From positions 1-43,189 of the forward strand of contig JBHIEG010000016.1 of NCBI GenBank assembly GCA_046760505.1: a stretch of 43,189 bases of DNA, read 5' to 3'. The translations under genes and the position numbers were made by a program. Source of the DNA: Candidatus Hydrothermarchaeota archaeon (GTDB lineage: Archaea; CAYFZR01). Under the pieces are notes generated by a model. That model did not search any database. It worked only from the letters and a program-made list of their open reading frames with translations, and was not told the DNA's origin. Shown in pieces: positions 35,403 through 43,189 of this stretch. The stretch's first letter is position 1; the number at the start of each line of letters is the position of its first letter.

Positions 35403-36626
35403 CTAAACCTCCAGTATCTGACAGGTCACGTCTCCGCCCACTCCGCCAATGTTCTGTACCATGCCGACTGCTGGATCTTCACCGAGGGAAGAATTCACCG
35501 GATGATCGAATTTACCATAGACCGGGTGTTTCTTATCATATCTTAACTGCAGATAGATCTCCACCAACTGTCTCACTCCGGTAGCCCCGACAGCATGACC
35601 GTGAGCCTTTAAACCTCCTCCACAGTTGAATATTTTCTCTCCGTATCTTGTTTTTATCACCACATGCTTTGCATCTGGATCAAAGCTTTCCTCGATGATT
35701 TTACCGCCTTCTCCCTTCTCACAAAACCCTAGGTCTTCTATTGACAGTATACCGAGAATGGAGAATGCGTCGTGAATCTCGCATATGTTTACATCTCTCA
35801 GCGTTTTATTAGCCTCCTTCAGCGCTGTTCTGCTCGCCACTATTGAGGCCTCGATGGTGGTGATGTCTTTTCTTGCAGACAGGTTAATCGAATCAGTTGC
35901 ATGTCCACATCCGGTTATGAAAACAGGGTCTTCGAAATCTTTAGCAAGTTCAGGATTAACGAGTATTGCCGCTGCAGCCCCATCCGAAACCGGGGAGCAA
36001 TCGTATAGTGTGAGCGGCTCGGATATGTATTCTAACTCTAGGATATCTTCGACCTTTACCTGATTTCTAAACTGCGCTTTTTCGTTGTCTCTAGCATGCT
36101 TATGGTTCATTACACTCATCATGGCTAGATGCTCTCTTTTGGTGCCGTACTCGTACATGTGTCTACTAGCCACATTCGCATTTAGATCTATGAAGTTGAA
36201 GTGATAGTCTCTCTCCCTTGAACTTGCAGCACTAGATAGAGCAAGCGTGGCATCACTATCTGTGAGTTTTTCAACTCCCCCCAGAAGAACCACATCAAAC
36301 TTTCCGGATCTTATTCCCTGTATTGCAAGATCTATTGCCACGCCTCCTGAGGCGCATGCGGCTTCAGGTCTATATATAGGTATTTTGTATTCATCGAGTC
36401 CGAAGGCCTCTGATACAACACATGCGATAGATCCCTGATGTGTTGCAATTTCCGGCACAAAGGAACCCATGTATATGGCGTCAAGATCTTTTCTCTCTAT
36501 TCCCGCATCAATGAGAGCATGCAGACCAGCCTCTCTTGCCAGTTCCTCCAGATCTTTATCGTAGTGGTGTCCGAACTTCGTCCATCCCACGCCAACTATG
36601 GCGGCCTGAGCATTATTTGGTATCAT
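35403..36626 (-). CDS. Archaeal acetyl-CoA acetyltransferase (thiolase)
   Basis: EAACASGG catalytic Cys, GGVEK, DCSPVSDGAAA, EIHDAF, EDLGF, GGLKAHGHAVGATG, NIGG. Confidence 0.92.
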   Translation of the reverse strand: MIPNNAQAAIVGVGWTKFGHHYDKDLEELAREAGLHALIDAGIERKDLDAIYMGSFVPEIATHQGSIACVVSEAFGLDEYKIPIYRPEAACASGGVAIDLAIQGIRSGKFDVVLLGGVEKLTDSDATLALSSAASSRERDYHFNFIDLNANVASRHMYEYGTKREHLAMMSVMNHKHARDNEKAQFRNQVKVEDILELEYISEPLTLYDCSPVSDGAAAAILVNPELAKDFEDPVFITGCGHATDSINLSARKDITTIEASIVASRTALKEANKTLRDVNICEIHDAFSILGILSIEDLGFCEKGEGGKIIEESFDPDAKHVVIKTRYGEKIFNCGGGLKAHGHAVGATGVRQLVEIYLQLRYDKKHPVYGKFDHPVNSSLGEDPAVGMVQNIGGVGGDVTCQILEV

Positions 36627-36661
36627 GCCATCTTCAGTGATTCATGAGACTTTTATAGGTT

Positions 36662-36685
36662 TTTGTCGAAACTTTTCATGACAAA
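36662..36685. promoter_or_regulatory. Palindromic site TTTGTC-N12-GACAAA, copy 1, beside the thiolase TATA box
   Basis: TTTGTC-GAAACTTTTCAT-GACAAA; minus-strand TATAAAA at 36658-36652. Confidence 0.5.
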
Positions 36686-36966
36686 TGCCTAAGTGATTGA
36701 AATTCCCTTGTTGATCCAAAATACCATTAAAATGAAGTCATTTTTGTTTCAATTCTAATTTAATGGAATGGATTCATGAAAATATCTGTTAAAATTGATT
36801 TTTTTATAACCTTTCGAGATAATTGAAAGGTGAAAACCCTCAAAACAATGTTTTTCCGTTCATATCACTGTATATTTGTTCAAAAATTATTAATAACTCG
36901 TTTTAGTTATTTTTCTTATTAAAGACTTAACAGAAACGCTTGCAACTATTTTAACTCTTTTCAAAA

Positions 36967-36990
36967 TTTGTCGAATATTTTTTCGACAAT
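36967..36990. promoter_or_regulatory. Palindromic site TTTGTC-N12-GACAAT, copy 2 (or hdrB terminator hairpin)
   Basis: TTGTCGAA-TATTTT-TTCGACAA perfect 8-bp arms directly after the hdrB stop. Confidence 0.45.
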
Positions 36991-37859
36991 TACTGTATGG
37001 ATGTTTTTAACCTCTTCAATTCTCTTCTGAGTGCAGCCGTAGAGGTTAAGTGCGTATGCAATCCGAGTTGCTTGTCTTTTATGCCAAGAGCAAGTCCTAT
37101 CAACTGGGTCAGGTGTAACACAGGAATCTCGAATCTCTTCAATTTCACCTGAGACTGGTCCAGTTGAATGTGGCAGAAGGGGCAGATATTAACTATGCAG
37201 TCGACCCTTGCATCTTCGATGTATTCCAACTTTTTTTCAGCGATTTCGAGGGAAATTTTCTCATTTCCGCTCCAAAGTCCTCCACCTGCTCCGCAGCAAG
37301 TAAGCCTATCCCTGAATTCCACGCTTTCACAGCCGAGCATCTCTATAAATTCATCCAGTTCCTCTGGATTTTCTGAATTGTATCTGCAGAACATGCTCGG
37401 TTTTAGGTAGTGACAGCCGTAGTGTGCGGCAACCTTTAATCCAAGGTCAAATTTCTTGTTTTTTTCGATTTCCGGTCTTAATTCATCCAGGACGTCCAAA
37501 AAATGAATTACTCTGACATTTCCATCATATCTAAGTCCTATGGCTTTTAGATTTTCATTTATCATCTCTCTTTTCTCATCTTCCTTCAGCATATGGTTGG
37601 AGTGACTCAGGGATCCATAGCAGCCGTTACAGATAACGAGTATATCCAGACCTTCTCTTTCAGAGAGGCTCAGGTTTCTCGCGCCTATCGAGAGCCATGC
37701 TTCCTGATCATAACTTCTGAGAACGCCCGGGGCAGGACAGCATGAAAAACGCAGGTCTATCAGTTCAACACCAAGCCGTTTAAAGATAAGTCTTGCTGAG
37801 TTTTCTATGGAGGGATAAACGTTCTTAGCTAGGCAACCGGGAAAGAACGAGTACTTCAA
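36990..37859 (-). CDS. hdrB: Heterodisulfide reductase subunit B
   Basis: FFPGC, SCCPAPG (HdrB signature), ARNL, CNGCYGSL, HYGCHYLKP, CCGAGGG, CPFCH.Q.D..Q. Confidence 0.92.
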   Translation of the reverse strand: MKYSFFPGCLAKNVYPSIENSARLIFKRLGVELIDLRFSCCPAPGVLRSYDQEAWLSIGARNLSLSEREGLDILVICNGCYGSLSHSNHMLKEDEKREMINENLKAIGLRYDGNVRVIHFLDVLDELRPEIEKNKKFDLGLKVAAHYGCHYLKPSMFCRYNSENPEELDEFIEMLGCESVEFRDRLTCCGAGGGLWSGNEKISLEIAEKKLEYIEDARVDCIVNICPFCHIQLDQSQVKLKRFEIPVLHLTQLIGLALGIKDKQLGLHTHLTSTAALRRELKRLKTSIQ

Positions 37860-37863
37860 GTTA

Positions 37864-38340
37864 TCACCTTGCCAGCGAAAAAATTTTGTATTTTTCTATG
37901 AGTTTTCTGAACGCTTCAAGTTCTTCTTTACTCGCAGATACATCAAGGGGCTCCTTTCTCAGTCCAAGCATTATCCTGTACTTCACTGTATCGGGAGACA
38001 GTGGAAATACGGTTCCGGTATCGTACAGATTTTTTATCGCTGTTTTGTGGATTTTTGGATATTTTTCCCTTTTAAATGCTTCATTTCTGAATTCCAACAC
38101 TGCATCCACCGTATTAACACCCTTCGGGCATCTCTCAGTGCATGTGTAGCAGGTTGTGCAGAACCACAGTTCCTCTAAATGAAGGATGTCCTCACCCTCA
38201 TAGGCACGGTATATCATGTCTCTTATTCTCATGCGCGAGATGTTTCCAAGGGGGCAACTCGCGGTACATTTGCCGCACTGGATGCATTTCCATATGCTTG
38301 TATCCTCCAGTATTTCAACGATCTCGGGAGGAATTTTCAA
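37864..38340 (-). CDS. hdrC: Heterodisulfide reductase subunit C
   Basis: CIQCGKCTASCP and LWFCTTCYTCTERCP; directly upstream of hdrB. Confidence 0.92.
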   Translation of the reverse strand: MKIPPEIVEILEDTSIWKCIQCGKCTASCPLGNISRMRIRDMIYRAYEGEDILHLEELWFCTTCYTCTERCPKGVNTVDAVLEFRNEAFKREKYPKIHKTAIKNLYDTGTVFPLSPDTVKYRIMLGLRKEPLDVSASKEELEAFRKLIEKYKIFSLAR

Positions 38341-38505
38341 TCCATCACCCCTGAATGTGCAAGTTGAATCTATGAGCGGTTAAATACTTTACACTTGAGG
38401 CAAAATTTAAATTAGAAAATAATTGTAAAGAAACTGGTGTAATTCTGGCAAATTTTTATTAGAAAGCATTTTCTGTTATAAGAGTAAAAGATGGTGAATA
38501 TCAGT

Positions 38506-38607
38506 ATGGAAAAAGACCGCATAATTGAGAAATCGAAAGACCTTAGAACAGCCTACCTCAGGGAATTTGACGATCTGAAAAAATTTCTGGGCGATAAATT
38601 TGAGTAA
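38506..38607 (+). CDS. Possible 33-aa peptide coupled to the first wHTH gene
   Basis: GGTGA RBS then MEKDRIIEKSKDLRTAYLREFDDLKKFLGDKFE*; overlaps the TTG at 38600. Confidence 0.4.
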   Translation: MEKDRIIEKSKDLRTAYLREFDDLKKFLGDKFE

Positions 38608-38917
38608 CTCGAGTTTGGATGATTACCCGGCGATATACAAACATCTGTTCAGAAGCAAATATACTGCTCTAGCTCTTTTAGCCTTAATCGAAAACGATGG
38701 AAGGCTCGAAAGACCCAGACTCCGCGAACTCGTGGATTGCAGGGATTTTAACAAGTATGTAATGGTCCCCCTCATAGATATGGGATTCATAGAGGTTGAT
38801 CAGGATAGAACCAAGTATCCTTACAGAACTTATGTTAATCTGACCGAAAAAGGAAAGAGAATCGCTCAAAAATTGAGCAGGATGATTGATGAGATCAGCC
38901 CTACTTTGATCAATTGA
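38600..38917 (+). CDS. Winged-helix (MarR/ArsR-like) regulator, copy 1
   Basis: L...GFIE.......PYRTYVNLTEKG wing motif. Confidence 0.8.
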   Translation: MSNSSLDDYPAIYKHLFRSKYTALALLALIENDGRLERPRLRELVDCRDFNKYVMVPLIDMGFIEVDQDRTKYPYRTYVNLTEKGKRIAQKLSRMIDEISPTLIN

Positions 38918-39295
38918 AGAGTCCACAGGAACATAAACTCCTTAGTTTCCAAAATCTGGAATTAAATTGATCATACAACATCATTTAATGTTTCTTCTGA
39001 GAAAAATGCATAAATAATAAGAGGTAAAAAAGAGAGGTCATGCCAAGGTCATTGGAAATCTATCCCGAAATATACAAACATCTGTTCAGAAGCAAATATA
39101 CTGCTCTAGCTCTTTTAGCCTTAATCGAAAACGATGGAAGGCTCGAAAGACCCAGACTCCGCGAACTCGTGGATTGCAGGGATTTTAACAAGTATGTAAT
39201 GGTCCCCCTCATAGATATGGGATTCATAGAGGTTGATCAGGATAGAACCAAGTACCCTTACAGAACTTATGTTAATCTGACCGAAAAAGGAAAGA
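38633..39295 (+). repeat. 226-bp direct repeat (38633-38858 and 39070-39295)
   Basis: Identical by manual comparison except one synonymous TAT/TAC change. Confidence 0.93.
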
Positions 39296-39366
39296 TAGTT
39301 GCAGAGAATGTAAAGAGATTCGTGTATGAAATAAATGAGGTAAAACTTCCGGAAATCCTCGATTAA
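39040..39366 (+). CDS. Winged-helix (MarR/ArsR-like) regulator, copy 2
   Basis: Same core as copy 1; GAGG RBS. Confidence 0.85.
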   Translation: MPRSLEIYPEIYKHLFRSKYTALALLALIENDGRLERPRLRELVDCRDFNKYVMVPLIDMGFIEVDQDRTKYPYRTYVNLTEKGKIVAENVKRFVYEINEVKLPEILD

Positions 39367-39443
39367 GGCTAAAAAATAACCACTCCCCTTTTTTTATTTT
39401 ACTCAATGGAAAATTAAAATACGAGGGGAGACAATCTCTTCTC

Positions 39444-40091
39444 ATGAGGGGCTACAGTGCTGAGAAAATTGCAGGTTTCATACTGGAGTCAATGGGTTAT
39501 AAAGTTTTGGAAAAAAATGTTCCGGTAACGATAGATGGTATAGAAGTAAGTGAAGTGGATTTTATTGTGGAGAAGGATGGAGAATCTTTTGCGGTTGAGG
39601 CAAAGTCCGGAAATGCCAACGTTTCAGACATAAGACAGGCCTACTCGAACGCCAAATTAATCGGAAAAAAACCGCTGATCGTCTGCAAGGACTTTTCTGA
39701 TATCTCAGCCGAGTCTTTAGCAAAGGAATTCGAAGTAGAGGTTATAAGATATTCAAGGATCTTTCTCGTGGAGCCTGAAGAAATCTATAATTTACTGAGA
39801 AGGATAATTCTGGACGTAATTGAGGAGTACGGTGTTTTGAGAAGACCCGTATTTCTGAAGGAAGAGGAAAAAATACACCTGGAAAAGATAGTTTCAGTTG
39901 AAAGACCTGATGAAATAGATAACCTGGGGGAAATATTGAATTATCTGCGCAAAGAAGGAGTTTTACCATCGAGAAGTCTGAGATTTATTGAAATAAAGAG
40001 GATTGCAAGAGCATTACTGGATGAAAACAAATTTTATGAAAAACTCGAAAAAATAGAGAGGAAAATAGATCAGATGGATGATTTATCTTAG
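39444..40091 (+). CDS. PD-(D/E)xK restriction-endonuclease-like protein
   Basis: AE..A...LE..GY.V, EVDFIV, AVEAKSG, RQA...A. Confidence 0.8.
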   Translation: MRGYSAEKIAGFILESMGYKVLEKNVPVTIDGIEVSEVDFIVEKDGESFAVEAKSGNANVSDIRQAYSNAKLIGKKPLIVCKDFSDISAESLAKEFEVEVIRYSRIFLVEPEEIYNLLRRIILDVIEEYGVLRRPVFLKEEEKIHLEKIVSVERPDEIDNLGEILNYLRKEGVLPSRSLRFIEIKRIARALLDENKFYEKLEKIERKIDQMDDLS

Positions 40092-40092
40092 T

Positions 40093-40371
40093 TTAGATTG
40101 TTTCCATCTTTTTCCTCAATTCTTTTTTATCTATCACACCCTTCAGGGTATATCTCCCATGTATCCTGATAACCGGAATTTCCTGCCTGTATCTTTCATA
40201 GATCTCCGGGTTCTGTGTTATGTCCACTTTTTTGACATCTAGATTGTAGACATGTCTGAGTTCTTCGATAATTGATTCGGCTTTCTCGCAGAGGGGGCAG
40301 TCCTTTTTTGTATAGAATTCGATGTTTATTCGCACTTCTTTTTTCAATTTCCGTTCCTCCGGAGAGATCAT
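40093..40371 (-). CDS. Glutaredoxin-like protein (DUF836 type)
   Basis: YTKKDCPLC, VDI, RY..EIPVI. Confidence 0.85.
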   Translation of the reverse strand: MISPEERKLKKEVRINIEFYTKKDCPLCEKAESIIEELRHVYNLDVKKVDITQNPEIYERYRQEIPVIRIHGRYTLKGVIDKKELRKKMETI

Positions 40372-40485
40372 ACACTTTGTCAGAAGCGATATAAAATTAT
40401 AAATACTCTATACACCCTTGAATTTCATGAGATCGCCTCTATGTTTTCTACATATTTAAATCAACTATCCAAAAGAAAATGCAAT

Positions 40486-40764
40486 TTAGGTGATTGGTTC
40501 TTCCCCAAAGTCTGGAATTCGCACCTCAATCCTTTCATGCCTTCTGAGGTTGTATCCGAGATGAGAGAGGCTTTGCAACTCAAAGACTTTTTTCCTTTCC
40601 CTTATTGGGAATCTAGTATCGTCTAAAACACAAATATCAATATCTGAGAGAGGAGTCTCTTTTCCCCTTGCATAGGAACCAAATAAAACAACTCCAAGGG
40701 TAAAAGGTAAATTTATGAGTTTATTCACGTAGTATGAGATTAAATCATCTCTGCACATAGACAA
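40486..40764 (-). pseudogene. Minimal nucleotidyltransferase (MNT), probably truncated
   Basis: VVLFGSYARG...PLSDIDICV intact; C-terminal part lacks the third Asp strand; no HEPN partner. Confidence 0.6.
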
Positions 40765-41055
40765 GAGAAGGCATAGTTTTTTAAACTTAAGGGTAAAAAT
40801 AGAAAAGGCGATATCCTTGAATGCCCCTGATTGTAAAAACCGTAAATTTTCCGAAGCATATAGACTTTATCTGCTTGAGAAAATTATGAACGAATCATCG
40901 GTTGTTATGGATGCCTTAAAAAACGGTATTGAACTGAGTCTTTAAGGATAATTGAGTTTATAGGTCTGAGATCGATCTTGCACAGGAATAAATTTTCCGA
41001 AGGGGAACCTGTCTGAAACGAAAAAAGTATATAAAAATACATGTCCCTTAATTTC

Positions 41056-41562
41056 ATGAAAAAGATTCCTGATCTTTATTTGAATTTGATTCTGGCTTAT
41101 TGTAATGAAATAAAGATGCATTTTAACGAGAGATTGTGGTCAATATGCTTATTCGGCTCTGTTGCCAGGGGAAATCCAGATGCTACGAGTGATATAGACA
41201 TACTGATAATCGCCGAAGATCTTGATGAAGACGTGGGTAAAAGGATAAGGGAGACCAACTACATCCATGAGAAACTCAAAAACACCAAGGAATACAGGGA
41301 ACTAAAATCATCAGGAAGATGCGGACTTATATCTGACCTGTTTCTCACTCCAGAGGAAGCAAAAAGAATTCCGCCCATACTCCTTGACGTACTTACGGAT
41401 GGCATCATTTTTTACGACAAAGATGGTTTCCTAAAGAGAGTACTGGATACTTTAGATAAGAAATTGAAGGCTCTGGGCTCCAAAAAGATTTTTACGAAGA
41501 AGGGAAGTTACTACTGGATACTAAAACCAGACATCCAAGTTGGGGAGACTATAGATATATGA
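41056..41562 (+). CDS. MNT nucleotidyltransferase antitoxin
   Basis: LFGSVARG.....SDIDILII, LTPEE, P.LLD, YWILKP. Confidence 0.9.
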   Translation: MKKIPDLYLNLILAYCNEIKMHFNERLWSICLFGSVARGNPDATSDIDILIIAEDLDEDVGKRIRETNYIHEKLKNTKEYRELKSSGRCGLISDLFLTPEEAKRIPPILLDVLTDGIIFYDKDGFLKRVLDTLDKKLKALGSKKIFTKKGSYYWILKPDIQVGETIDI

Positions 41563-41975
41563 AATCAGAGGAAATGGTGAAAGACTATTTATTCAGGGCT
41601 AAAAGGTGTCTGAAAGAGGCTGAAACCGCTTTTGAGGAGGATGATTACCCGGGAGCCATAAGAAGGGCACAGGAATCACTGGAGTTATCTGTTAAGGGCA
41701 TGCTCAGATACTTGGGCGTGGAGTATCCAAGGGAGCATGATGTTGGCGATGCACTGGAGGCAATCCAGACCAAGTTACCGAACTATATAGTGGATCGTAT
41801 CCCTGATTTTAAAAAGTATCTCTTAGAACTCGCGAGAATCAGAGGTCCAGCGTTTTATGGATACGAGAGAGAAGGAATACCGGCTTCAAAGGCATTTGGT
41901 AGAGAATATGCAAACGATATCTTGAATGCTGTCAGAAATTTAACATCTCTATGCTTCAGATTCTTAGAAGGATAG
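41559..41975 (+). CDS. HEPN domain protein (MNT-HEPN pair)
   Basis: A...L.EA, A...AQE..EL..K, P..HDV, R....YG; 4-nt overlap with the MNT gene. Confidence 0.9.
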   Translation: MKSEEMVKDYLFRAKRCLKEAETAFEEDDYPGAIRRAQESLELSVKGMLRYLGVEYPREHDVGDALEAIQTKLPNYIVDRIPDFKKYLLELARIRGPAFYGYEREGIPASKAFGREYANDILNAVRNLTSLCFRFLEG

Positions 41976-42012
41976 CATCTCTTGATAATCTACTACTGGA
42001 ATTTGAGAAAAA

Positions 42013-42474
42013 CTAATTGGTTAGAAATTCCATTATCCACCTGATATCTCTGTGCTTTATCATAAATAAGGCTATATTTTGAGTCATGGAGTGAGCATCT
42101 ATATCTATCGCTCCTCCCTTCCAGAGTTTTATCATCTCCTCGATTGCGTTAAGAGATCCAAATCTATCATGCTCGGAGACCAGTTGCTTGTAGGTTTCGT
42201 AACTCATCTTGAATTCAACCGTATTTTCGGTATTTCCTTTATTCAAAACAAGATCTCTTGAGAGGACATAGTGAACGTACCAGCGCTCTTCATCGTTTCT
42301 TATTGTAATGGATAAGGGCTTTCCTGCTTTATCCATGATTTTAACCGCAAGATCCTGATTCTCCAGAAGCAATTTGTTCATTTCTTTATAGATTGTATCA
42401 TCATCTTTTAGCACGTGATAGGTTGGCGTGAACCAGCCAAACAACAATAGAATTATCACCAGATTCGTTGCCAT
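42013..42474 (-). CDS. Secreted or membrane-anchored hypothetical protein, possible SCP2-like fold
   Basis: N-terminal hydrophobic stretch; F.MS.ETY..L...W..G.I.I pattern reminiscent of SCP2. Confidence 0.5.
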   Translation of the reverse strand: MATNLVIILLLFGWFTPTYHVLKDDDTIYKEMNKLLLENQDLAVKIMDKAGKPLSITIRNDEERWYVHYVLSRDLVLNKGNTENTVEFKMSYETYKQLVSEHDRFGSLNAIEEMIKLWKGGAIDIDAHSMTQNIALFMIKHRDIRWIMEFLTN

Positions 42475-42757
42475 ACTGTTATTTCTTCCCAAATGTATTT
42501 AAATCTTGTTCGAAACGAATGCCTCGCTATGATAGTTTTTTAAATCAACTTTCCCAGGGTTGCAAAAAATTATGGATAAATCGGAAATTTATAAACGATA
42601 CAGGATTAAGGTCTCATTGCGTTAGACTAGGTCTAAATTGAGCCTGTTAAATATCTGCGTGAACGAGCAAAAAGACCAAACAGTAAACCAGAGAAGAACC
42701 GAAATGAATAAAAATGATTAAAATGCCACCTAACTCAAATAAAGAGAGGCTGATTTC

Positions 42758-43189
42758 GTGGGATCATGGAAAAAAATAATGCTAATATTCGACGTTGTTT
42801 TGACCTTAGCAATTATAGCGTTTGTTATATCTTTTGTTTATTCTGCAAAACAAATTTCCGTTGAAACTGGAGAGCCACAGATGCAGTCTAATGTTTATAC
42901 AAGGATGGATGAGGAAACAAACACATTATACACAACTGGAGTAAATATTATTAGAATGCCCATGAAAATACGAAACGGTGGTTTTTTCGACCAGAATTGG
43001 ATAATTTCTTCTAAAGTCGAAATAATATCCTGTGGTTACGGTCCAGAACTTTCTGGAAAGGAAATTGGATACGGACATACCATCATAGGGAGAGTACCCG
43101 CAGGAAAGACAAAAGAAATAAATATCACCCATATGGAAGATGCCAGTTACTGGATGTACCTTAATTTTTATGGTGGAGATGTAAAGTAT
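42758..43189 (+). CDS. Membrane-anchored hypothetical protein, truncated by window end
   Basis: Manual translation from GTG after GAGG: MGSWKKIMLIFDVVLTLAIIAFVISFVYSAKQISV...KIRNGGFFD..., open to the end of the window. Confidence 0.65.
   Translation, partial: MGSWKKIMLIFDVVLTLAIIAFVISFVYSAKQISVETGEPQMQSNVYTRMDEETNTLYTTGVNIIRMPMKIRNGGFFDQNWIISSKVEIISCGYGPELSGKEIGYGHTIIGRVPAGKTKEINITHMEDASYWMYLNFYGGDVKY

Noticed and set aside
22935-38340. Selenocysteine or pyrrolysine recoding in the redox genes
   Set aside because: These ORFs are full length with no in-frame TGA/TAG at conserved positions.
38633-39295. 226-bp repeat as IS ends or a DGR template/variable pair
   Set aside because: No transposase or reverse transcriptase in the window; the single difference is a T/C synonymous change and both copies are coding.
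39444-40091. Restriction-modification or other defence system
   Set aside because: Solo PD-(D/E)xK protein with no methyltransferase or other partner adjacent.
204-43132. Numerous short antisense or overlapping ORFs in the six-frame track
   Set aside because: They are shadows of well-supported genes and show no motifs or credible RBSs.

Overview
Archaeal chromosomal window from an anaerobe. Markers include archaeal ApgM, TrmI, CdhA, methanogen-type HdrBC, a Ptr2/LrpA-type regulator, TATA/BRE-like promoters and GGAGG/GGTGA RBSs; the lineage cannot be fixed from the sequence alone. The left half (1-22.9 kb) holds mixed housekeeping and accessory genes: a degenerate PPase, an M24 peptidase, tungsten AOR, an MFS transporter, glycerate kinase-apgM facing a glycosylglycerate-synthase-like GT, dtxR-feoB with operator boxes, trmI, and thrC followed by a thioredoxin-V4R fusion, a KaiC/GvpD-like ATPase and an ABC transporter. 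The notable region is 22.9-38.3 kb. It carries three different Ni-CODH-superfamily genes: a CooS-V-like protein with altered C-cluster ligands, a stand-alone CdhA lacking both D-cluster cysteines, and a canonical CooS. These are interleaved with a DsrE-family protein and CCG-domain (Hdr-like) proteins, with no ACS, CooC, CooF, hydrogenase or HdrA genes in the window. The cdhA promoter and the promoter of the CCG gene share a position-conserved architecture with Ptr2-like boxes and flank a Ptr2/LrpA orthologue. Also present: a thiolase with a DUF35-HMG-CoA synthase fusion whose zinc-ribbon cysteines are lost, tandem wHTH genes with a near-identical 226-bp core, an AT-rich pseudogene patch, and MNT/HEPN toxin-antitoxin genes. 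No rRNA, tRNA or CRISPR array was seen. All family assignments come from motif recognition by eye; no searches were run.
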